A stretch of DNA of 64,000 nucleotides from Candidatus Moraniibacteriota bacterium (GTDB lineage Bacteria; Patescibacteriota; Minisyncoccia; Moranbacterales; UBA1568). This document shows positions 18,692-27,728 of this stretch, one piece after another. The notes beneath the pieces were generated by a model that made no database searches, was not told the DNA's origin, and was given only the letters and a program-made list of their open reading frames with translations. The stretch covers positions 987,957 through 1,051,956 of the forward strand of contig CP064975.1 of assembly GCA_016699425.1 (NCBI GenBank). Direction: 5' to 3'. A program made the position numbers and the translations under genes. Each line of letters starts with the position of its first letter. Within the stretch, counting starts at the first letter, position 1.

Positions 18692-18828
18692 CCGATAAGG
18701 GATAAGCGATGTGAATCAAACGTAACCCTTCGAATTCCCCTGTTTCCACTCTCACACCTGGTATCAACTATCCTGTGTCAGGTATCTCCCACTCTACATC
18801 TTGCGCAATGGAGCGACGCCGAGCATCA

Positions 18829-18866
18829 TTTTAAAAAAAACGCCGCAAGATATGCATCCTGCGGCT
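18829..18866 (-). terminator. Rho-independent terminator for the minus-strand methyltransferase operon
   Basis: On the minus strand, GCCGCAGGATGCATATCTTGCGGCG is followed by TTTTTTTT (the plus-strand A-run at 18833-18840). Confidence 0.6.
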
Positions 18867-18888
18867 ACAACTACAGTTGACCGATCCG

Positions 18889-19173
18889 CTACTCATTTCG
18901 AAGGACTAAGAGGTGATCTCCGTACGATGCGGAGAAATTCGGCCACGTCTTCACGAGAGTTACCCGAGCGAATACCGCCTCTGCCATCCTAACGAGCTTA
19001 TCCACAGAGTTCTTATACTCGCCATCCGCCAGTACGTCGTTGCGCAAGATATCGACGGCCACAGCGATGATGCACAGCGGCGCCCTATTCTCTATCACTG
19101 CCTTGAGATACGCATAGCCGAGTTCGGCAGCGGCCAATTGCCGACTTTGCTCATCAGCGTAGACACCGATCAC
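18889..19173 (-). CDS. Hypothetical protein (94 aa); possibly the displaced C-terminal part of the upstream methyltransferase
   Basis: ORF with a GTGA start/stop overlap with 19170..19586, in a different frame. A terminator follows its stop. Confidence 0.4.
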   Translation of the reverse strand: MIGVYADEQSRQLAAAELGYAYLKAVIENRAPLCIIAVAVDILRNDVLADGEYKNSVDKLVRMAEAVFARVTLVKTWPNFSASYGDHLLVLRNE

Positions 19174-19586
19174 ACCTCTGCACAGATACCGAAGCCCCCT
19201 TGCTTGATAAGTGTCGCCAGCTTGGTGAAAAGCCTCGGCTGATCGCTGTATGGAAGGTGATGAACGCTTCCGGTACAGAGCACGCCGTCATATCTATCAT
19301 CCGTATTCCAATCTCTCACATCCGCCTGTACATAGCGGATACCTTTGTTTCTTGCGGAGGCGTACGCCACGTACCGAGAATCCAGATCTATCCCCGTGAG
19401 GGAAATGTCCGGCCTCAAAACATGAATCTGCTCCAGAAGGTATCCCGGCCCACACATGAGATCCAACACTTTGCCGTCAGGCGGCACTGCATCTATCACT
19501 CGATACACGACCTCCTGTATAGTCGCGCCCCAAGGCATATGCTTCATTTCCATCCGATAAACATCCGGATCAGGCAGGTCTTTCAC
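19170..19586 (-). CDS. Class I SAM-dependent methyltransferase (138 aa, short)
   Basis: Motif I VLDLMCGPGYL and motif-III-like VLCTGSVHHL. Confidence 0.65.
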   Translation of the reverse strand: MKDLPDPDVYRMEMKHMPWGATIQEVVYRVIDAVPPDGKVLDLMCGPGYLLEQIHVLRPDISLTGIDLDSRYVAYASARNKGIRYVQADVRDWNTDDRYDGVLCTGSVHHLPYSDQPRLFTKLATLIKQGGFGICAEV

Positions 19587-20287
19587 TTGGCTACCCCCTT
19601 CCTGGCGTTGATGATTGCATGCATCCCGGCACGATTACCGATGCTTACTTGCTCAAACCCCGCCTGCTCAAGCATATCGAGCACGGCGCTTTCCGTCACC
19701 CGGATTGCATCATCCTCCCGCTCGTGGTTAAGAAAGAATGCGCACTCCTGCGGATGTGCCCCCCTCACCGCTTCGATCCGTCGGATAATAATCGCCAGTG
19801 TTTCCCGATACGCGTCATCGTCGTTGAGAGAGACTTTGTCTCCGCTCAAGAAGAGTCCGCCCGGCGATAGTCTCTGGAATACCAGGCTGTATACCTCCCT
19901 TTGTTCGTCCGGACACAGGTTATGGATCGTTAGTGCCGAACAGATGATGGGAAACGTCCCAAGCCCAGGAAGGATCTCTCGCATATCACCGAAATGGATA
20001 CCGAACCGCTCTCCGAAACCAGACAGTTCCGCCCCGGCCCTCGCTACCATGCCCACAGATCTATCGATTGTCTCCAGTCTCACCCGCGAGTCGGCCTCAA
20101 GGATGATCCGGCTCGTATAGCCGGTCCCGCACCCGACTTCCAACACCGTCACCGCTTCACCCGGAATCCGACCGAGCTCTTGTGCTAGCGCCTCACGGAA
20201 CCTTGTATGAATTCGATCATAATCCGGATCGATCGCCGTCCACAAATCGTACTGATCCACAATCCCAGAGAAACGATCTTTACTCAC
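19583..20287 (-). CDS. Class I SAM-dependent methyltransferase (234 aa)
   Basis: Motif I VLEVGCGTGYTS. ATGA overlap with the downstream gene. Confidence 0.7.
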   Translation of the reverse strand: MSKDRFSGIVDQYDLWTAIDPDYDRIHTRFREALAQELGRIPGEAVTVLEVGCGTGYTSRIILEADSRVRLETIDRSVGMVARAGAELSGFGERFGIHFGDMREILPGLGTFPIICSALTIHNLCPDEQREVYSLVFQRLSPGGLFLSGDKVSLNDDDAYRETLAIIIRRIEAVRGAHPQECAFFLNHEREDDAIRVTESAVLDMLEQAGFEQVSIGNRAGMHAIINARKGVAK

Positions 20288-20299
20288 AGTATTCCCCTT

Positions 20300-21037
20300 T
20301 CACCAAGAAGTACCCAGGTTGAACAATATTTCGTTACCAGCCATACCACCCCCACCCATGCCATGCTGCAGCATGAGAGACGGTGTCACCAGTGTCGATC
20401 CAACCCGTAATGGCCACGCTATACCCAGACGAACGAAACTTACGGCCTCAGGCGACACCCCGTATGCATGGCCATGCCCACCGAAGGCAAACGTCACAAC
20501 CGAGCTCACACCTCCGATAGGAACATCGCGTGCAAACTCCGCCTTGTAAACGACACCCCCCGGAAGCACGGATTTGTTCTCCGGTATGTCCACTTCCAAC
20601 GACAGCGACGGTGTGAAACCGGCAATCGTCGGAAACGTTACGATGTCCTTCATGCCAAACAGATCACCACGAAGAGAACCCACCGGATGAAGATCGTAGT
20701 AGGCAAGGGAAAGACTATGCCGGACCGATCCCCACGAGACAGTGCATCCTAAGGAGAAATCAATTTCATCCCCGCTGCGGAAATGCAGAGTGTCCCCGAG
20801 ATGCAGCGACGCCCAGACATTCGCGTAGCAGTTCTCGCGACTTACCGTCACGGATGGCTGCAGTGCGGGAGCTGGGATAATCCTCGCCCCATTCATACCA
20901 CCGATATGCTGATTCCGCACATCGACCGACCCGGACCAGCTGAATACCGGACCGTCTCCCGCGAAACAGACGGTGCCCGGAGTGCCGAGCAGTATGGCCA
21001 TCACAGCCAACAAGAACCCAGAACGTGTTTTCATCAC
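20300..21037 (-). CDS. Secreted hypothetical protein (245 aa), Gly/Ser/Val-rich, ends in an aromatic residue
   Basis: Signal peptide MMKTRSGFLLAVMAILLGTPGTVCFA. Alternating hydrophobic pattern. C-terminal ...LGTSW. Confidence 0.6.
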   Translation of the reverse strand: MMKTRSGFLLAVMAILLGTPGTVCFAGDGPVFSWSGSVDVRNQHIGGMNGARIIPAPALQPSVTVSRENCYANVWASLHLGDTLHFRSGDEIDFSLGCTVSWGSVRHSLSLAYYDLHPVGSLRGDLFGMKDIVTFPTIAGFTPSLSLEVDIPENKSVLPGGVVYKAEFARDVPIGGVSSVVTFAFGGHGHAYGVSPEAVSFVRLGIAWPLRVGSTLVTPSLMLQHGMGGGGMAGNEILFNLGTSW

Positions 21038-21140
21038 AAACCCCTTTCAGATCAGTTGTTCAGGTACTCTGCGGGAAAAACCGCATCGGATCAGACTACT
21101 CCCGTATTGTATTTATGTCAACTATTTCAGACGACAACTA

Positions 21141-21169
21141 TTGATTTATCCGGAAAAACGTACTATACT
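21141..21169 (+). promoter_or_regulatory. Sigma70-like promoter (TTGATT-n17-TATACT) for the TrmB-family regulator
   Basis: Near-consensus -35 and -10 boxes with a 17-nt spacer, about 15 nt upstream of the ATG at 21184. Confidence 0.45.
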
Positions 21170-21183
21170 AGGGAAACAACGTT

Positions 21184-21948
21184 ATGAATCAGCAGACGCT
21201 CGCTCAGCTCGAAGAACTCCATCTGTCCCCCAATGAGGCCCGGGTCTATTTGGCATTGTTCGAGACCGGGCAGACGTCGGCCGGAGAAATCATTCGCAAA
21301 ACGCAGCTCCACCGGAGCGTCGTCTATGAGACACTCGACAAGCTCCTCGAGAAAAAACTTGTTGCCAAGCTCACTCGTCAGCATATCGCCCATTTCCAGG
21401 CGCTTGACCCCGATCGACTCCTGCAAAATATCCATCGACAGGAGACCATCGCCCAAGATCTGGTCCGCGACCTCAAGGTACTCGCCAAGACCAACCAACC
21501 AGAAATCACCATCTATGAGGGCGTGGAATCCTACAAGCGTTTCTGGCTCGAATCCATGGAGCGTTTGCCGAAAGGATCGACGGACTACGTCGCAGGATCT
21601 ATCGGCGCCCCATGGTACGAGGTGATGGGCAAGAAGTCTATCGATCAGTATTTCCGTACCGCCAAGAAAAGAAATATCGGCTGGAAGATGATCGTTTTCG
21701 ATATGGACGACTACGAACAGACCTTCTTCAACAGGTATCCCGACTTCCGCTGGGAGTGCCGGCTCATCGATCGGCCCATGGCCAAAGAAGGGAATTTCAA
21801 CATTTTTGGGACCGAGAGCGTCATTCTCCATTCCGCCACCGAGCCCATGATCATCGAAGTGAAGAATCAGAGTCTCGTGAAAGTCTTCCAAAATCTCTTC
21901 GACATCCTCTGGGAGAACGGCAAGGATATCAAGAGCTGGAAAAAGTAG
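21184..21948 (+). CDS. TrmB-family transcriptional regulator (archaeal-type HTH sugar regulator)
   Basis: N-terminal HTH LSPNEARVYLALFETGQTSAGEIIRKTQLHRSVVYETLDKLLEKKLVAK is the TrmB signature. Confidence 0.75.
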   Translation: MNQQTLAQLEELHLSPNEARVYLALFETGQTSAGEIIRKTQLHRSVVYETLDKLLEKKLVAKLTRQHIAHFQALDPDRLLQNIHRQETIAQDLVRDLKVLAKTNQPEITIYEGVESYKRFWLESMERLPKGSTDYVAGSIGAPWYEVMGKKSIDQYFRTAKKRNIGWKMIVFDMDDYEQTFFNRYPDFRWECRLIDRPMAKEGNFNIFGTESVILHSATEPMIIEVKNQSLVKVFQNLFDILWENGKDIKSWKK

Positions 21949-21959
21949 CGCTGAGACAT

Positions 21960-21997
21960 AAAAAAACCGAGACCAATGAAGGCTTCGGTTTTTTTAT
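21960..21997 (+). terminator. Bidirectional rho-independent terminator between trmB-like (+) and pcrA (-)
   Basis: AAAAAAACCGAGACC-AATGAA-GGCTTCGGTTTTTTT is a hairpin flanked by an A-run and a T-run. Confidence 0.6.
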
Positions 21998-22034
21998 TGT
22001 AAAATTTTGTATGAAGACCCTACAGAGATAGGCT

Positions 22035-24260
22035 CTAGACTTTCCGGAGTGGAGCTACTCCAAGCATCATTTTCTTCACGCCCGCGCGCTTGAACGCGAC
22101 TGAGACGAGACTGCCGTCAAGTGCGATGACGAGGCCATTGCCAAACTGCTGATGCTCAACCATGTCGCCCGGCCGCAGGTCCTTAGCTGGCGAGATTGGT
22201 TCACCGCTCGTTTCAGCGCTCTGAACTGGAGCGGTGAAGCGGCGGATCGGGGCCGCATAACTTTTTCGTTTCGGTTTAGCGAATGACAAATTCATGCCAT
22301 TGGATTCACGCTTCGTGACGAGTACTTCAGGGATCTCTTCGAGGAAACGTGACGGCGGATTCATCTGAGTCGATCCGAAGATTGTCCGCATATCCGCGTG
22401 AATAAGATAGGCTTTCTCCTTGGCTCGGGTCAGCGCCACATACATGAGCCGGCGTTCTTCTTCAAGTTCCGCCCCCGACAAGGCACTCCGCGAATGAGGG
22501 AAGATCCCTTCCTCGAGCCCGACGATGAAGACGACCGGGAACTCAAGCCCTTTGGCGGAGTGAACGGTCATGAGATGGATGGCATCAGCGCGCTGATCAA
22601 TCGTGTCCGTGTCCGAGGCAAGCGCCACCTCCTCGAGGAACCGACTCATCGCTTCACGAATCGGCACGCCATCGAACTTCTGCGCAACCGAAAAAAGCTC
22701 CTGGACGTTTTCCTCGCGCGCCTCGCCTTCGGGTGTCCCATCACGGAGACTCTCCAGATAGCCGCTCTCGCGCGTGATGACATCGAGGAGTGCTCGCAGC
22801 GTCAGGCCGGCTTCATGGAGGAGGCTGTCCTGCCAATGGGCAAAGAGTTCCATGAAGGTTTCGATTGTTGCAATCTTCCGATCAGGGAGAATGCCTTCAG
22901 ACTTGAGTATCGGAATGATAGCGAGGAAATCGATCTCACGTGCCCGAGCCGTATCGGTCCAGGCCTTCAAGGTGGTCGGACCAATCCCGCGCTTCGGCTC
23001 ATTGACGATCCGTTCGAGTGCGAGGACGTCCCGCGGGTTAGCGAGAAAGCGTACATAGGCGACGACATCCTTCACTTCCTTGCGCTGATAAAATTTCAGG
23101 CCGCCGACAATTTTGTACGGCAATGACTCGCGAAGAAAAGCCTCTTCGATACTGCGCGACTGAGCATTGGTCCGGTACAAGACGGCAAACGAATGGTACG
23201 GGATATGCCGTTCCCGAACGATTTGCTTGATCTCTCGAGCGACGAATCCGGCTTCATCCTCCTCACTTTCAGCTGGATACAACGCGATGTTTTCACCCGA
23301 TGATTTGTCCGTCCACAGTTTTTTGTGGCGCTGATTGACATTGTTGCCGATGACCGCCGTCGCCGCATCGAGGATGATCTGCGTCGAGCGGTAATTCTGA
23401 TCGAGCGTGATGACCGCTGCCTCGGGATAGTCGGTCTCAAAGGAGAGGATGTTGCGGATATCAGCCTGCCGCCAAGAGTAGATGGATTGGTAATCGTCGC
23501 CAATCACAAAGAGGTTCTGGTACTTCGCCGCGAGGAGCTTGACCAACTGGTACTGGAGCGGGTTCGTATCCTGATACTCATCAACCAGGATGTAGCGGAA
23601 AGTCTCTTGATAATGCTCGAGCACATCCGGGTGCTCGGCAAAGAGGCGCACCGTGAGGAGGATGAGGTCATCGAAATCGAGCGCATTCGCCGCGACGAGT
23701 CCTGCCTGATAGCGCTCGTAAACCTTGCCCACGAGTTCCTCAAAGTAGCCATCTGCCAGGCTCAGGAAACGCTCGGTCGAAAGCTCCCGGCTCTTCGCAT
23801 TCGAGATTGCTTCCAGGATTGAGCGCGGCTTCACTTGGTCCGGATTCATTTCAAGCGCCTTCATCGATTTCTTCACGAGTGAAAGCTGTTCATCCGCGTC
23901 AACGATATTGAAATCTTTGCCATAGCCCAGCCGATCGATATCGCGACGAAGGATGCGGGCCGAGATATTGTGAAACGTTCCGATGAATTGCGGCATCCGG
24001 AAATGCTTTCCTTCGTTTTCCGCTGCCCGCTCCAACATGTGGGCTATTCGTTCGCGCATCTCCTGAGCCGCCTTATTGGTGAACGTCACCGCGAGAATCG
24101 CTTCTGGCGCAACGTGTTTCCCAGCCAGGAGATAGGCGATCCGGTGGGTCAGGGTTTTCGTCTTGCCACTCCCCGCCCCAGCCAAGATCAAAACCGGCCC
24201 ATCGACGGTCTCGACTGCGCGTTTCTGCTCCGGATTCAGCCCCGTTTCCCAAAATGACAT
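22035..24260 (-). CDS. pcrA: ATP-dependent DNA helicase PcrA/UvrD
   Basis: LNPEQKRAVETVDGPVLILAGAGSGKTKTLTHRIAYLL (motifs Q and I) and a full UvrD-like helicase body. Start set at MSFWETG (the ORF extends to 24278). Confidence 0.88.
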   Translation of the reverse strand: MSFWETGLNPEQKRAVETVDGPVLILAGAGSGKTKTLTHRIAYLLAGKHVAPEAILAVTFTNKAAQEMRERIAHMLERAAENEGKHFRMPQFIGTFHNISARILRRDIDRLGYGKDFNIVDADEQLSLVKKSMKALEMNPDQVKPRSILEAISNAKSRELSTERFLSLADGYFEELVGKVYERYQAGLVAANALDFDDLILLTVRLFAEHPDVLEHYQETFRYILVDEYQDTNPLQYQLVKLLAAKYQNLFVIGDDYQSIYSWRQADIRNILSFETDYPEAAVITLDQNYRSTQIILDAATAVIGNNVNQRHKKLWTDKSSGENIALYPAESEEDEAGFVAREIKQIVRERHIPYHSFAVLYRTNAQSRSIEEAFLRESLPYKIVGGLKFYQRKEVKDVVAYVRFLANPRDVLALERIVNEPKRGIGPTTLKAWTDTARAREIDFLAIIPILKSEGILPDRKIATIETFMELFAHWQDSLLHEAGLTLRALLDVITRESGYLESLRDGTPEGEAREENVQELFSVAQKFDGVPIREAMSRFLEEVALASDTDTIDQRADAIHLMTVHSAKGLEFPVVFIVGLEEGIFPHSRSALSGAELEEERRLMYVALTRAKEKAYLIHADMRTIFGSTQMNPPSRFLEEIPEVLVTKRESNGMNLSFAKPKRKSYAAPIRRFTAPVQSAETSGEPISPAKDLRPGDMVEHQQFGNGLVIALDGSLVSVAFKRAGVKKMMLGVAPLRKV

Positions 24261-24358
24261 AGGACTGTATTGTAGCATTTCTGTATCGGATCTTCATTCC
24301 ACGTGACAAGCACCTTCGACCAAGAGAAGGGTCTACCCGAGGCTCTCCTATGCTATAA

Positions 24359-26002
24359 TTGTGGACTATGCAAGAACGCCTCCGCAAATTATTCGAACAA
24401 ATCGAGGAACACCCGCTCACGCTTGGCTCATGGGCGCTGACCCTCCTCGCCATCATCATCGGTCGAATCTGGATCGAAAATACTTTTGAATCATTGCAGT
24501 TTGCCTTCGCCGACCAGTTCTTCTATCAGTTTTCACACCACCTTTTTACGTTCACAACGATTTTCCTCGCTACACTGCCGATTGTCGCCTGGGCAGGGAA
24601 AATTGAACTCCGGAAAGCAGCCAATCTTCTCCTCGTCGGCTTCCTCCTCATCTGGACCCCCCCCATTATCGACGAAATCATCTCGCACGGCGCTGGTCTT
24701 TGGAGCTTCTACGCCTTTGACAGCCTAACTGGCCTCGTACAGCGCTACTTTACCTTCTTCGGTGACCGACCCGATATTGGTGTCACTTATGGCCCACGCA
24801 TCGACACCGCACTTTCAATCATTTTCCTCACGCTCTATACCTACATCAAGACGCGACGAGTGGGGCGTGCTGCCATAGCTGGTTGGCTCATCTATACTCA
24901 GACATTCCTGTTTGCCGCACTTCCTTCAATCGCTACCTTCCTTCTCATCGGACCAAACATCGGCTTCTTGTCCGTCACTGAGCACGACATTGCCCTACTC
25001 ATCCTTGCCCCTGCACCACTCTTCGGCCTCGACCCGCCGACCATACCGAGTGTTATCTCCATCAAGATGAGCCTCATTTATACTACGCTAATCATCCCCC
25101 TCATCGGCGTGCTTGTATTTACTTTTTTCCGAACCACCTTCTGGGCGCTTATCCATAATGCCCGATTCCCCCAGCTCCTCTACCATACTGGATTATTTCT
25201 TGTTGGCGCCGGGCTCGCTTCTCTCTACGGAGAGTCGAACTGGATTCCTAATTTCTTTCACTTTGCCGGAGTTTTGGCGCTCATCACCGCCGTCAGTTGC
25301 GCCTGGCTAGCCTCAGTCGTAGTAAATGACCTCCGGGATGTCGCTATCGACCGGATAACCAACACTCATCGACCATTGGTCACGGGCGCTATCACTGTCC
25401 CCACCTACAAAACGATTGGGATTCTTCTCTTTGCCGTCTCAATCTTCTTGGCCGGTCTGGTTTCCACTCAAGCTGCACTCCTGCTCGTCCTGTACCAAGC
25501 CCTCGCTTTCCTCTACTCAGCTGACCCGCTCCGCCTGAAACGCATCCCATTGATTGCGACCGCCATCGCTGCCATGGCCAGCCTCCTCATCCTCTTCGCT
25601 GGTTTTATCGTTTTCTCGACTGAGAAAAATATCTCCACTCTCCCTGTCTCTATCCCCATTCTCCTCTTTTTCGCTTACCTCGCTATCATCCCCATCAAGG
25701 ACTTCAAAGACATCGTGGGTGATGCAGCCGATGGAGTCCGCACCCTCCCTGTCATCCTCGGCGAAGGGCGAGCCAAGCGTTTCATCGGTGCCGCCGTTTT
25801 CCTTGTTTTCGTCGTTAGTCCATTCGTCTTGTCGATCCGATCACTCTTCCCGCTTGGACTTTTCTTCGGGACACTCGGCTATTGGCTCCTCCAACTCGCC
25901 TCCATGGATCATCGCTACCTCAGCTATCGAAAACTCCCGGGTTGGTTCATGCTCCTCGCGGCCGGCTATGGCACTTTCCTTGCCCTGGCGCTCGGAAAAT
26001 AA
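24359..26002 (+). CDS. UbiA-family prenyltransferase with a long N-terminal multi-TM extension (547 aa)
   Basis: C-terminal half carries NDLRDVAIDRITNTHRPLVTG (NDxxDxxxD). About ten predicted TM helices. Confidence 0.7.
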   Translation: MWTMQERLRKLFEQIEEHPLTLGSWALTLLAIIIGRIWIENTFESLQFAFADQFFYQFSHHLFTFTTIFLATLPIVAWAGKIELRKAANLLLVGFLLIWTPPIIDEIISHGAGLWSFYAFDSLTGLVQRYFTFFGDRPDIGVTYGPRIDTALSIIFLTLYTYIKTRRVGRAAIAGWLIYTQTFLFAALPSIATFLLIGPNIGFLSVTEHDIALLILAPAPLFGLDPPTIPSVISIKMSLIYTTLIIPLIGVLVFTFFRTTFWALIHNARFPQLLYHTGLFLVGAGLASLYGESNWIPNFFHFAGVLALITAVSCAWLASVVVNDLRDVAIDRITNTHRPLVTGAITVPTYKTIGILLFAVSIFLAGLVSTQAALLLVLYQALAFLYSADPLRLKRIPLIATAIAAMASLLILFAGFIVFSTEKNISTLPVSIPILLFFAYLAIIPIKDFKDIVGDAADGVRTLPVILGEGRAKRFIGAAVFLVFVVSPFVLSIRSLFPLGLFFGTLGYWLLQLASMDHRYLSYRKLPGWFMLLAAGYGTFLALALGK

Positions 26003-26041
26003 ACGGATCGATTCGCACACAGGGCGAAGCACCGCATAGAC

Positions 26042-26857
26042 CTATTCTGTCTGATCCAATTTCGAACGAAGTGCTTCCCAGTCCGAAACTGAGAGCGCCT
26101 GCGCCCGAATGTCCAGCCTGAGTCCAGAAGTGGCGAGGACGGCTTCGACGGCTGGCTTCTCGATTTTCAAGATCGACGCGAGATTGTTCGCGAGTGTTTT
26201 CCGACGGGCCGCGAAACCAGCCCGCGCGATGCGAAAGAATTTTCTATCCTCTTCCGAGTCAAAGCTCCGCTTCGGGACCAGCTGAACGACGGCACTGTCG
26301 ACTTTCGGCACCGGATCAAACGCCTCCTTCGGCACGATGAACGCAATATAAGCATCACTGTAGTACTGCGCCATGAGCGACAGCAGGCTCATCGCACCCG
26401 GTTCCGCCGTCAGCCGCTCGGCCACCTCTTTCTGGACCATGAGCGTCAGACTTTGCGGTCGCGACTGGAGCGACAAGAGCGTCCGGATGATCGGCGCCGT
26501 GATGTAGTAGGGAATATTGGCGACGACTTTGTACTGCCCAGATTCATACCCCGCGTGCGTCAATATCTCATGCAGATTTGCATCGAGGATATTGCCCTCC
26601 AATATCGATACTCCCTCGCTCGCTTTGAAATGCGTCTCGAGCCGCTCGACCAATTGATGATCGAGTTCCATCGCCACCACCTGCTTCGCCCGACTATCCA
26701 GTACCTTGGTCAGTACCCCCGTGCCCGGACCAATTTCGAAGACTCGGTCCTCTGGGCCGATCTCAGCCACCGCCAAAATCCGCTCGATGATGCTCTCATC
26801 TTTCAAGAAATTCTGCCCAAGTGATTTTTTTGCCTTTACTAACATACGACGATACAA
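26042..26857 (-). CDS. rsmA: 16S rRNA (adenine1518/1519-N6)-dimethyltransferase
   Basis: KKSLGQNFLKDESIIERIL...VFEIGPGTGVLT is the KsgA/Dim1 signature. Confidence 0.88.
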   Translation of the reverse strand: MYRRMLVKAKKSLGQNFLKDESIIERILAVAEIGPEDRVFEIGPGTGVLTKVLDSRAKQVVAMELDHQLVERLETHFKASEGVSILEGNILDANLHEILTHAGYESGQYKVVANIPYYITAPIIRTLLSLQSRPQSLTLMVQKEVAERLTAEPGAMSLLSLMAQYYSDAYIAFIVPKEAFDPVPKVDSAVVQLVPKRSFDSEEDRKFFRIARAGFAARRKTLANNLASILKIEKPAVEAVLATSGLRLDIRAQALSVSDWEALRSKLDQTE

Positions 26858-26868
26858 TTGTAGCTATT

Positions 26869-27645
26869 ATGCATGATATTTCGTTTCCGCACTACAAAAA
26901 CGTATCTCCCGCCACGAACTTTCTTATTCTCGTCGGTGCCCTATTCATCAACTACGTCTCGGTTTGGTTACTATCCAAATCCCCCATCCTCGCCGCGCTC
27001 CCCATCGCACTCACTTGTCTCTCCCTCCTCCTGTACGCTCGGAGCTGGAAACTCACCCTGGTCGCCCTCCTCTTTGCGGTGGTCGGTGCGGGACAAGAAG
27101 CTTTTTTTATTGCTAATGGGCTCTGGAACTACCAAACTGTCTCCTTTCTCCTGATTCCTCTCTACCTTCCTTTCACCTGGGCGAACATATCCATTCTCAT
27201 CGTCGGCCTATTCCAAGGGCTGCTCCAACTCAGGACAGCACTGCACCTATACCACGCGCCACCTCATTTCCTTCGAGCATTTCTCGCGACAGGATTCGCT
27301 GCTCTAGCTGTGATTCTCGCTATTTATCATTGGGCTGACACACCGGGCCGATTGGTTATCTTCTTCCTTTGCGTAGATCTGGCCTATGTATTTGTCATGC
27401 GCAGCGTCCCCTTGGCCATCGTCGGTCTCATCGCTATGGCCGCCGGATCGGTTGCTGATCTCGTCGCGGTACCGCTCGGACTCTGGAGTTACCCTGCAGG
27501 CGGGCACTTCTCCGGAATCCCTGGCTATATCTTTCTCGGCTGGGACATCGTCGGCCTCTTCGCGGCCGGACTCTATCTAACTATCGATCTCTGGAGCCAG
27601 ACAGGAGATCCAACTCCTGATCTACTGTCTCCATCATCACTCTGA
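26869..27645 (+). CDS. Hypothetical polytopic membrane protein (258 aa)
   Basis: ORF with about seven hydrophobic helices. Start set at the ATG at 26869 (the ORF opens at 26821). Confidence 0.55.
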   Translation: MHDISFPHYKNVSPATNFLILVGALFINYVSVWLLSKSPILAALPIALTCLSLLLYARSWKLTLVALLFAVVGAGQEAFFIANGLWNYQTVSFLLIPLYLPFTWANISILIVGLFQGLLQLRTALHLYHAPPHFLRAFLATGFAALAVILAIYHWADTPGRLVIFFLCVDLAYVFVMRSVPLAIVGLIAMAAGSVADLVAVPLGLWSYPAGGHFSGIPGYIFLGWDIVGLFAAGLYLTIDLWSQTGDPTPDLLSPSSL

Positions 27646-27728
27646 TCTCCCCTCAAGCCCATATCAGTTATTGTTCTGCACCAGATGAATCATTGTTTTT
27701 TGACTCAACGCGAGCAATGAGCCGGGCT

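Noticed and set aside
18889-19242. Plus-strand ORF 18913-19242 (109 aa) as the real gene in this interval
   Set aside because: The minus-strand ORF is translationally coupled (GTGA overlap) to the upstream methyltransferase and is followed by a minus-strand terminator. The plus-strand ORF has no ribosome-binding site or motif. The minus-strand call is preferred, at low confidence.
19200-20120. 306-aa plus-strand ORF overlapping both methyltransferase genes
   Set aside because: The translation is Ser/Arg/Pro-rich nonsense typical of the antisense of GC-rich coding DNA. The minus-strand ORFs carry canonical methyltransferase motif I sequences.
21163-21891. 242-aa minus-strand ORF overlapping trmB-like
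   Set aside because: It is antisense to a motif-supported gene and has no recognisable domain.
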